Shown one piece after another: positions 1 to 8,200 of a stretch of DNA of 38,716 nucleotides. The position numbers were made by a program, and so were the translations under genes. A model generated the notes under the pieces. That model made no database searches and was not told the origin of the DNA. It was given only the letters and a program-made list of their open reading frames with translations. Source of the DNA: a candidate division WOR-3 bacterium (GTDB lineage Bacteria > Hydrothermota > 32-111). The DNA is taken from positions 1 through 38,716 of the forward strand of contig JAUVJU010000003.1 in assembly GCA_030592285.1 (NCBI GenBank), given 5' to 3'. Within the stretch, counting starts at the first letter, position 1, and each line of letters opens with the position of its first letter.

Positions 1-162
1 AAACTTGTTATTATATGTAAGAAAATATATTATGATGATGTGAATAATAAACATTTTCTGGATAAGACCATTGAAAAGAATTATCCTGAACAGGATTATC
101 ATAGATTCTATATTGGTGAAATAGAAAAGGTTTTAATTAAGGAACAGGAAAGAAAAAACTAA
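1..162 (+). CDS. 3' end of a flavin reductase-like protein (5' partial)
   Basis: Frame 1 reads KLVIICKKIYYDDVNNKHFLDKTIEKNYPEQDYHRFYIGEIEKVLIKEQERKN*. The DYHxxYIGEI tail is typical of flavin reductase-like proteins. Absent from the ORF track. Confidence 0.7.
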   Translation, partial: KLVIICKKIYYDDVNNKHFLDKTIEKNYPEQDYHRFYIGEIEKVLIKEQERKN

Positions 163-240
163 AATAAATAACAGTAAAGAGATTATTGCTACAAAAATTT
201 TTAACCACATCACTTTCGTTTATTATAATCACAATTCCGA

Positions 241-270
241 AAAAGAGGGTACAGCACGCCGTGTCCCTAC
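241..270 (-). terminator. GC-rich hairpin/terminator after nfnB, resembling a degenerate GTAG-type REP
   Basis: Minus strand GTAGGGAC-ACGGC-GT-GCTGT-ACCCT-CTTTTT forms an imperfect stem followed by a T run, 10 nt past the nfnB stop. Confidence 0.55.
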
Positions 271-280
271 AAAAAAAAAA

Positions 281-2080
281 TTATTTTTTATTTCTTAAAA
301 ATTCATCAATGGATTTTGCAGCTTGTTTTCCAGCACCCATTGCAGAAATTACCGTTGCTGCACCAGTTACAATGTCACCACCGCTCCACACCTTTTCTTT
401 TTTGGTTTTACCTGTTTTATCGTTTGCAATAATATAACCCCATTTATTAAGTGGCAGGTCAGGTGTTGAATCAAGAATAATAGGATTGGGACCTGCACCA
501 ATGGCAATAACAGCCATATCAAAGTCAAAAACAATATTGGAGCCATCAATGGGAATTGGTCTTCTTCTTCCTGATTGATCGGGTTCGCCAAGACGCATAC
601 GAATACACTCAATTTCTGTAATAAAACCCTTGTCATTGCCAATATATTTTATTGGATTTGTAAGAAATTCAAATTTAACACCTTCTTCAACAGCATGATG
701 AATTTCTTCATTTCTTGCAGGCATTTCTTTTTCACTTCTTCTATAAATAACAACGGATTCTTCTGCACCCATTCTTAATGCGGTTCTTGCACAATCCATT
801 GTTACATTTCCTCCTCCCATAACAGCAACCTTTCTTGCTCTTGGGGCAGGAGTATCGTAATCGGGGAATTTATATGCCTGCATAAGATTAATACGCGTTA
901 AATATTCATTTGCACTAAATATATTATTGAGATTCTCTCCTTCAATATTCATAAAAATAGGGAGACCTGCTCCAACCGCAATAAAAATTGCATCAAACCC
1001 CATTTTATTTAGAAGCTCATCAACAGTATATAATTTACCAATAATACTGTTTAATATAATTTTAACACCGAGATTTTTAAGATAATTCATTTCACTTGTT
1101 ACAATTTTCTGCGGTAACCTGAAATCGGGAATTCCATAGGTTAATACGCCGCCCGGTTCATGCAATGCCTCAAAAATTGTAACCCCATGCCCTAATTGAA
1201 CAAGATCAGCAGCAACAGTTAGTCCAGCAGGACCAGACCCAACAATAGCAACTTTTTTATTTGTAGGTTTTTTCTTGGGAGGAATTTCTACTGCATTTGT
1301 GTTTCTTTCAAAATCAGCAACAAATCTTTCCAATCGGCCAATAGCAACGGGTTCATCATAAAGACCCAATATACATTTTGCTTCACATTGTGTCTCCTGT
1401 GGACAGACTCTTCCAGTAATAGCAGGGAGTGCATTGGTTTCTTTGATCTTTCTTGCTGCTTCAACAAATTTCTCTTCATGTACTAAACGGATAAATTCTG
1501 GAATATCAATAGCAACAGGACATCCTTCTATACATTTTGGATTAGTGCATTGCATGCATCTGCTTGCTTCAATTACTGCTAATTCGGATGAATATCCATA
1601 AGGAACTTCATTAAAATTGAAAATTCTTAATTTTGGATCCTGCTCAATCATATCCTGTCTGGGAATTTTAATTTTTATTATTTTCTCATCCCTTTTTGTA
1701 AGTCCATGCCATGTACATCCATATTTTGTGCAGATATAGAAAGGAATCAATTTTGAAAAGGCAGATACAATAAACTCAGCCACTTCTGGTGTCTTGCAAT
1801 CATCACATGGATGATCTTTTACTAATAAGCTATTCTTACAATGTGGACAGATCACATCATCAAGAATATCACCTTCCTTTAATGGAAGGTCAGATTCAAC
1901 TTCAAAAATATTTAAATAAGGACTCAAATTTAAATATCCGCTTTTTCCTTTATATATTATATTAATGTGAATATATTTATCTTCTTTCTTTTCAATATTC
2001 AGCGTTTTTTTACAATGTGGACAATATAAATGTAGATAAGACCCATATTTAATATATTTTGGCTCTATTTGATTAAACAT
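281..2080 (-). CDS. nfnB: NfnB/SudA (GltD-like) large subunit of NADH-dependent reduced ferredoxin:NADP+ oxidoreductase, with an extra N-terminal Cys-rich domain
   Basis: RCMQC..CIEGCP and GRVCPQETQCEAKC Fe-S motifs, GSGPAG FAD site, GGGNVTMDCAR NADPH site, GGDIVTGAATV; adjacent to nfnA; about 135 extra N-terminal residues. Confidence 0.9.
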   Translation of the reverse strand: MFNQIEPKYIKYGSYLHLYCPHCKKTLNIEKKEDKYIHINIIYKGKSGYLNLSPYLNIFEVESDLPLKEGDILDDVICPHCKNSLLVKDHPCDDCKTPEVAEFIVSAFSKLIPFYICTKYGCTWHGLTKRDEKIIKIKIPRQDMIEQDPKLRIFNFNEVPYGYSSELAVIEASRCMQCTNPKCIEGCPVAIDIPEFIRLVHEEKFVEAARKIKETNALPAITGRVCPQETQCEAKCILGLYDEPVAIGRLERFVADFERNTNAVEIPPKKKPTNKKVAIVGSGPAGLTVAADLVQLGHGVTIFEALHEPGGVLTYGIPDFRLPQKIVTSEMNYLKNLGVKIILNSIIGKLYTVDELLNKMGFDAIFIAVGAGLPIFMNIEGENLNNIFSANEYLTRINLMQAYKFPDYDTPAPRARKVAVMGGGNVTMDCARTALRMGAEESVVIYRRSEKEMPARNEEIHHAVEEGVKFEFLTNPIKYIGNDKGFITEIECIRMRLGEPDQSGRRRPIPIDGSNIVFDFDMAVIAIGAGPNPIILDSTPDLPLNKWGYIIANDKTGKTKKEKVWSGGDIVTGAATVISAMGAGKQAAKSIDEFLRNKK

Positions 2081-2092
2081 AAAGGGTTTCTC

Positions 2093-2923
2093 CTATTTTA
2101 TAGATTTAAAGAGGGATATTCTTTCGTCTTCCAAATAAGTTGTCTGTCTTTTCAATAAAAGTGGAAAATCAACCTTATGACCATCAAATTGAGGACCATG
2201 TACACAGGCAAACCTTGTTTTTCCATCAATAGAAACGCGGCAGGCACCGCACATACCTGTTCCATCAACCATAATGGGATTTAAACTTACCATTGTTTTC
2301 ATATTAAAGGTTTTGGTGATTTTGCAGCATGCCTCCATCATAACAACGGGACCTATTGCAATAACCATTTCATAATTTGCCGCATTTTCTTCTAATTCTT
2401 TTTGAAGTATTTGAGTAACAAATCCATGATGCCCCTCGGTTCCGTCATCGGTGCAGACAAATGTTTTTTCGGAAAAATCTTCCATTTCCTGTTTCATAAT
2501 AAGATATGACTGTGTTTTGGCACCAACAATGCTAATAACTTTATTTCCTGCACTTTGATATCCCTTAGCAATATGATGAAGAACAGCAATCCCTGTTCCG
2601 CCTCCTACAGCAAGGATTTTTTTGTTATATTTTTTAATATCAACAGGAGTTCCAAGAGGTCCAACCAAATCCTTAATAAAAGCACCCTTTTCAAGGGATG
2701 CAAGAAGAGCGGTTGTTTTGCCAATGATCTGAAAAACAAGAGTAATTGTACCGGCTACCTCATCATTGTCAGCAATAGTAAGAGGAATTCTTTCTCCTTT
2801 ATCATTGACCCTAACTATTACAAATTCTCCTGGCTGACATTTTTTTGCAATTTCTGCTGCCTCTATACGAATATTAATAATTGTATTTCTGGCATATGAT
2901 TTTTTATTTAATATTTCATACAT
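2093..2923 (-). CDS. nfnA: NfnA/SudB small subunit (PyrK-like FAD/NAD-binding, 2Fe-2S)
   Basis: PGEFVIVR, ERIPLTIAD, GGGTGIA, MVDGTGMCGACRV..FACVHGPQFDGH. Start moved to ATG 2923 (MYEIL), just after the upstream stop. Confidence 0.9.
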   Translation of the reverse strand: MYEILNKKSYARNTIINIRIEAAEIAKKCQPGEFVIVRVNDKGERIPLTIADNDEVAGTITLVFQIIGKTTALLASLEKGAFIKDLVGPLGTPVDIKKYNKKILAVGGGTGIAVLHHIAKGYQSAGNKVISIVGAKTQSYLIMKQEMEDFSEKTFVCTDDGTEGHHGFVTQILQKELEENAANYEMVIAIGPVVMMEACCKITKTFNMKTMVSLNPIMVDGTGMCGACRVSIDGKTRFACVHGPQFDGHKVDFPLLLKRQTTYLEDERISLFKSIK

Positions 2924-2927
2924 AATA

Positions 2928-3803
2928 TCACCACTCATTACTGTCATCTAAGACAATTGTATTTTCATCTTCAGCACTGATTCCATGCCATTTACATCCG
3001 GGTTTTGTGCAAAAAAAGAAATCAACAAGTTTTGAACTTGTAGTAACAAGAATGTGAGCGATTCTACTATCACAATCAGGACACTTCTCATCTTCAATTA
3101 ATGTATGCTTACAATGGGGACATGAAATATCTTTAATTCCGTCATTTTTTTCCGGAAGGTGGATTGTTGATTTGTGATTATAAACATTCAGATATGGACT
3201 TAAATGCAAAATACCTTTTTCATTGTTTGTGTTTATTACATCAGCTTCTAAAAAATTATCCTTATTTAATGTATGCTTACAATGAGGACAATATGTATAG
3301 AGAAAAGTTCCATGTTTAAGAACCTCTTTCTTTTCTATACGAACAATATTTTTCTTTTCCAACATTTCTTCTAATTCTTTGAAACACTTTTTATCATAAT
3401 TCGTTACATTACTTAATGCACTACTATCATAAAATAATTTGAGGGCAACATCAATTTTATTAAACTCAATCATATGATTGATGCAACTTTCCTTTGAACA
3501 AAACTTTACTTTTCCACCCTCATTTAATGTAAGTTCCACCATATTGCTATTACACTCTTCACATTTCAAGTCAGATACCAAGGAAGCATTACAGGATGGA
3601 CATAAAAAGTCCGCACATTTTTTTTCAGGGACATTAATGTCGGAATCATATTTATGACTTTCATAAACAGCACTAAGCCATATATTCCCCAAATTAGAAT
3701 CTGTCCTTATTTTCATTTTAATACTTGGTTTTTCATCTATTATATGATTGTCATCCATAAGAGATACATAACATTTAGGACATTTTAATTTTAAGTATAT
3801 CAA
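2928..3803 (-). CDS. Uncharacterised protein with two tandem Cys-rich (CxxC x3 + CxxxxCxxH) metal-binding domains
   Basis: CPKC/CPSC/CEEC/CSKESCINH then CPHC/CPHC/CPDC/CTKPGCKWH; TTG start with AGGAGG SD; first gene of the nfn operon. Confidence 0.8.
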   Translation of the reverse strand: MIYLKLKCPKCYVSLMDDNHIIDEKPSIKMKIRTDSNLGNIWLSAVYESHKYDSDINVPEKKCADFLCPSCNASLVSDLKCEECNSNMVELTLNEGGKVKFCSKESCINHMIEFNKIDVALKLFYDSSALSNVTNYDKKCFKELEEMLEKKNIVRIEKKEVLKHGTFLYTYCPHCKHTLNKDNFLEADVINTNNEKGILHLSPYLNVYNHKSTIHLPEKNDGIKDISCPHCKHTLIEDEKCPDCDSRIAHILVTTSSKLVDFFFCTKPGCKWHGISAEDENTIVLDDSNEW

Positions 3804-3825
3804 ACAGGCCTCCTTTTTTTTGGAA

Positions 3826-3854
3826 ATTCTATATTATATATTTAATCATGTCAA
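3826..3854 (-). promoter_or_regulatory. Sigma70 promoter of the nfn operon
   Basis: Minus strand TTGACA-17 nt-TAGAAT upstream of the SD. Confidence 0.7.
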
Positions 3855-3937
3855 GGTAGTTTTTTATAAATTAATAAAAAATAAAACAAAGTAAAAAATA
3901 GTAATTTGAATATAAAAACACAATAGTTAACTTGGTA

Positions 3938-3966
3938 TTGTAAAACAAATAAAAAAGATATATACT
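3938..3966 (+). promoter_or_regulatory. Sigma70-like promoter of the EamA gene
   Basis: TTGTAA-17 nt-TATACT. Confidence 0.5.
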
Positions 3967-3985
3967 TTAAGGTTAAAAAAAGATT

Positions 3986-4804
3986 ATGATTTATTTAATA
4001 TTAAGTATTTTAATGGCAGTGATAATAGTAAATATGCTGAAATATTATCAGCATAAGTTTTCTGCATCAATACTAATTGTGTTTATGGCAAATTATTTTA
4101 CTGCAGCATTACTGAGTTATTTATTATATCCCTTTTCATTTAAAACCCTTTATGCATTTGATTATATTTCCGGTATTATGATAGGAACACTATTTCTCAT
4201 AAATTTTCTTGTATTGCAGAAAAACATAAGAGAAAATGGAATGTCGCTTAGTATAGCAATTATGAGAGTATCTTTGATAATTCCAATTGTTGCCTCTCAT
4301 TTTATATTTAAAGAATTGATTTATATACACAATAAAATTGGTATTCTTCTAATTATTGCAACATTTGTATTTTTGGGAAAAATGAAAAATAAAACAGGGT
4401 TTCTTTTTCTTATTATGCTTTTTTTTCTTACGGGTATCTCCGATTTTGGCATGAAGGTTTATGAATTTTACGGAAAAAATACAATTAATACATATCTTTT
4501 CTTTCTATTTTCTTCTGCACTCATACTTAATATCATTATTGTAATTGTTAGAAAAATAAAATTCAATAAGAATGCTTTCTATTTTGGATTATTACTCGGT
4601 GTACCCAATTTATTAACAAGTTATTTTTTCATGAAATCATTAATAAATGTTCCTGCAGTTATTGCATATCCAATGCTTGGAGCGGGAATAACCATTTTCT
4701 CCATTTTAACAGATAAATTTATCTGGCATTCAAAAATATCCAGAACTCAGATAGCTTTTCTTATAGTACTTATTTTTGGAATTATTCTTATCAATATCAG
4801 GTAG
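3986..4804 (+). CDS. DMT/EamA-family membrane transporter
   Basis: About 10 hydrophobic segments in two repeats; NYxxA and GVPNL motifs. Confidence 0.75.
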   Translation: MIYLILSILMAVIIVNMLKYYQHKFSASILIVFMANYFTAALLSYLLYPFSFKTLYAFDYISGIMIGTLFLINFLVLQKNIRENGMSLSIAIMRVSLIIPIVASHFIFKELIYIHNKIGILLIIATFVFLGKMKNKTGFLFLIMLFFLTGISDFGMKVYEFYGKNTINTYLFFLFSSALILNIIIVIVRKIKFNKNAFYFGLLLGVPNLLTSYFFMKSLINVPAVIAYPMLGAGITIFSILTDKFIWHSKISRTQIAFLIVLIFGIILINIR

Positions 4805-4842
4805 CCCTTGAAAAATTCATTAAGTTTGATAAAATATATAAT

Positions 4843-5736
4843 ATGAACAATCTATTATCAATTATTATTAATGACATAATTCAAAATCATTCATTGATTA
4901 TTAAGATTATTATTTCAATTCTACTTATACTTCTATCATGGCTTACAAAACGAATCATTTTGTCAGCAATAATGAGAAGAACTGAAGATGTATATAGAAG
5001 GTATTCAGCAAGAAAATCAATTAATAACACCATATCATTTATTACGGTATTTTCCCTTTTCTGGCTATGGTTTGCAGGGATTCGGTCAATGGCAACATAT
5101 TTGGGATTATTATCTGCAGGTATTGCAATTGCTCTAAAGGATTTCATTATTAATCTTGCGGGCTGGTTTTTCATTATCTGGAGAAAGCCATTTGATGTTG
5201 GTGACAGAATTGAAATAGGGGATAAAAAGGGTGATATAATTGATATTAGAATATTTGAATTTTCAATGTTAGAGGTGGGAAGCCGAATTGATGCAGAACA
5301 GAGTACAGGAAGAGTGCTGCATATTCCCAATGGGCAAATTCTTTCTAAACCATTAGCAAACTATAATAGAGAATTTGATCATATATGGAATGAGATCCCC
5401 GTAACAATCACATTTGAAAGCAATTGGAAAAAAGCAAAAAAAATGCTTTTTGAAATAGGAGAAAGACATTCTTCGCACTTAAATGAAACAGCAAGAAAAA
5501 GTATTAAGGCGGCTTCAAAAAAATTCCTTATCTATTACTCATCTCTTACTCCAACTGTTTATATAAAAACAAAGGACTACGGAATTATTCTAACCTTAAG
5601 ATATTTATGCAAACCAAAAGAAATCCGCCCATCTGAAAGTGAAATATGGGAAGAATTACTGGGAGAAATTGAAAAAACAAAAGATATTGAATTTGCCTAT
5701 CCTACATATAGAATCACAAAAAAGGAGAAAAAATGA
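4843..5736 (+). CDS. MscS-family small-conductance mechanosensitive channel
   Basis: GLLSAGIAIALKD, PFDVGDRIEI..GDIIDI, IPN and IEFAYPT motifs. Confidence 0.9.
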   Translation: MNNLLSIIINDIIQNHSLIIKIIISILLILLSWLTKRIILSAIMRRTEDVYRRYSARKSINNTISFITVFSLFWLWFAGIRSMATYLGLLSAGIAIALKDFIINLAGWFFIIWRKPFDVGDRIEIGDKKGDIIDIRIFEFSMLEVGSRIDAEQSTGRVLHIPNGQILSKPLANYNREFDHIWNEIPVTITFESNWKKAKKMLFEIGERHSSHLNETARKSIKAASKKFLIYYSSLTPTVYIKTKDYGIILTLRYLCKPKEIRPSESEIWEELLGEIEKTKDIEFAYPTYRITKKEKK

Positions 5737-5808
5737 GAAAAACGGCAATACTTGTTCGTTTATAAAACAATATTGACAAGTTGCAAATAAAGGTATATTA
5801 TGGCACAT

Positions 5809-6855
5809 ATGGCAAATAAGGAAGACAAAGAAGTTCTGGAAATTCTGGAATTATGTAAATCGCTTGATGAGAAATCATATATCATATATAATGGGTTTTC
5901 AACGCTTTTCAAAAACGAAAGATCAGCACCGTTTTGGGATGAAATGGCAACATATAAACATGATCATATAAAGTCATGGGATACATTAATTGAATTATCA
6001 AAATTGAATATTATTCCCCAAATATATGAAAACCCCAATGAAGTAAAAAAGAATCTGATTAATATAAGAGAACGCATAGAAGATCTTTTACCAGAATCTA
6101 TTAATATTAATGATGATAGAGCATTTATTATTGCATGTAGATTAGAGTTTTATTTAATTCACCCTGCACTAGAATCATTAATGGGTTATATTAAGAACAT
6201 TCCATTTGAAGGGCTTGCAATGCTAAGCTATGAAAAACATATTGATGATTTTTTTAATGGCATTGAGTCATTTTCACATTATTCTCCGGAATTGCAATTA
6301 TTGTCAGAAGTTATAAAGGTATTATGGCAGAAAAATAAACATTTAGCAAAACAAAGCAGCAATGACACGCTAACAGGAATATTTAATAGAAGGGGCTTTG
6401 TTAATGCAATTACACCATTAACAATGTCTGCAATGGCAAGAAGGCAGAAAACAGGAATAATGATGCTTGATGTTGATAATTTTAAGAATATAAATGATCT
6501 GTTTGGACATAGTTATGGAGATAGGGTTTTGATGTTTATAGCTGATATTATAAGAAAATCCATTCGCACATTTGATGTAGTTGCAAGATATGGAGGAGAT
6601 GAATTTGTTGTTTTCATATCTCCATGTGAAGAGGAATTAATTTATGATATGGCGGATAATATAAGACAAACAATTAATTCTACAAGCGAAAAGGGAAAAA
6701 AGGTCACAATAAGCATTGGAGTAGAATGCAGGAAGGTAGAAGACAGTCCACGTATTCATATAGATGATTCTATAAAAGTTGCTGATAAATATCTTTATGT
6801 TGCCAAAAACAATGGTAAAAACAAGGTTATTTCTATCAATCATTTACCAAAATAA
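5809..6855 (+). CDS. Diguanylate cyclase (GGDEF) with a helical, possibly ferritin-like, N-terminal domain
   Basis: DTLTGIFNRR, DVDNFK, intact GGDEF with an RxxD I-site (RTFD). Start at 5809 preferred because the -10 box overlaps ATG 5800. Confidence 0.88.
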   Translation: MANKEDKEVLEILELCKSLDEKSYIIYNGFSTLFKNERSAPFWDEMATYKHDHIKSWDTLIELSKLNIIPQIYENPNEVKKNLINIRERIEDLLPESININDDRAFIIACRLEFYLIHPALESLMGYIKNIPFEGLAMLSYEKHIDDFFNGIESFSHYSPELQLLSEVIKVLWQKNKHLAKQSSNDTLTGIFNRRGFVNAITPLTMSAMARRQKTGIMMLDVDNFKNINDLFGHSYGDRVLMFIADIIRKSIRTFDVVARYGGDEFVVFISPCEEELIYDMADNIRQTINSTSEKGKKVTISIGVECRKVEDSPRIHIDDSIKVADKYLYVAKNNGKNKVISINHLPK

Positions 6856-6921
6856 AAGCTTATTTCCATTCATGTAATAAACAACTTGTTAAAAAAACTA
6901 CTTTATGTTAATATTGATATT

Positions 6922-7521
6922 ATGAAAATCTATATAAAAAAATTTATACTATTATTTATTATATCCTTTCTACTAATTTCCTGTAATAAATCAAACATGG
7001 AAGTACAGGAAATTACAAAAAGCAATGATTATATAAAATTAGCAAAGTGGATAACAGGAATATATAGTAATAGCACAAATGAAATACATTTAACAATGCA
7101 TCCAATATGGCAAAACAAAAATGATGGATTCTGGATCTATATGGAACAATCATTTACTAAAAATAACAAACCAATTATTCAACACATATATCAATTAATA
7201 GAATTAAAAGATGGTCTTTATGAAATGGCAGTATATGAAATACCATTAAAAAGTAGATTTATTGGCTGCTGGAAAAAAGAACATCCATTAGAAACATTAA
7301 ATCCCGATTTATTAATACAAAAAACAGATTGTACAATTATTATTAAAAGAAAATGTCAATTAATATTTGAAGGCAATACTATTGAAAATGATTGTAAAGA
7401 TAGTCAGAATATTTCTGAAATGATCATTACAAAAAAATCAATAAAGATATTGATTCAAGAACCTAAAAAAGTGGATCCCCACAAATATTTAGTATTTAAA
7501 AAGGGAACAATAGATGAATAA
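6922..7521 (+). CDS. CpcT/CpeT-like lipoprotein
   Basis: Lipobox LISC; PIW..GFWIYMEQ..PIIQHIYQL resembles the CpeT/DUF1001 family. Start at ATG 6922. Confidence 0.6.
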   Translation: MKIYIKKFILLFIISFLLISCNKSNMEVQEITKSNDYIKLAKWITGIYSNSTNEIHLTMHPIWQNKNDGFWIYMEQSFTKNNKPIIQHIYQLIELKDGLYEMAVYEIPLKSRFIGCWKKEHPLETLNPDLLIQKTDCTIIIKRKCQLIFEGNTIENDCKDSQNISEMIITKKSIKILIQEPKKVDPHKYLVFKKGTIDE

Positions 7522-8200
7522 ACGACTTATAGCAATTATTGATGATGAAAGTGATATTAGAGAATTATTAACCGTAAATCTGAAAAAGAATGGATTTGAT
7601 TCGGTTGAATTTGAAAATAGCAATGGTTTTTATGAATATCTGGAAAACAGAGATGTATCTTTAATAATTTTAGATCTAATGCTTCCCAATGAAGATGGCT
7701 TTGAGATTTGTAAGAATCTTAAAAACAATCAATACACAAAAAAGATTCCTATAATTATGCTTACTGCAAAAGTTGATGAAACAGATAAAATTATTGGACT
7801 TGAACTGGGAGCAGATGATTATATAACAAAACCATTTTCCCCAAAAGAATTAATTGCAAGGGTTAAAGCTGTACTGAGAAGAATGGATAATAAAAAAGAA
7901 GAAGAGAAAATCATCAAAATTGGTGAAGATATTATCATTAATACAGAAATGCATGAAGTTTATACAAAAAATGAGAAAATTGAATTAACCGCAACAGAAT
8001 ATAATATTTTGCTAATATTATCAAAACGCAAGGGCTGGGTATTTTCACGAAAGCAAATACTTGATATGTTATGGGGAAGCGAAAAATATGTAACCGCAAG
8101 AACGGTAGATGTTCATATAAAGCATTTAAGAGAAAAGCTTAAAAAGGCGGGAAAATATATCAAAAATGTACATAGTGTAGGATATAAGGTGTCAGAATGA
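7514..8200 (+). CDS. phoB: OmpR-family response regulator (PhoB/PhoP)
   Basis: IDDE, LDLMLP, GADDYITKPF and RTVDVHI motifs; pst operon context. Confidence 0.85.
   Translation: MNKRLIAIIDDESDIRELLTVNLKKNGFDSVEFENSNGFYEYLENRDVSLIILDLMLPNEDGFEICKNLKNNQYTKKIPIIMLTAKVDETDKIIGLELGADDYITKPFSPKELIARVKAVLRRMDNKKEEEKIIKIGEDIIINTEMHEVYTKNEKIELTATEYNILLILSKRKGWVFSRKQILDMLWGSEKYVTARTVDVHIKHLREKLKKAGKYIKNVHSVGYKVSE

Noticed and set aside
281-2080. Annotation as glutamate synthase small subunit
   Set aside because: There is no large subunit in the window, and pairing with an NfnA/SudB-type gene indicates Nfn.
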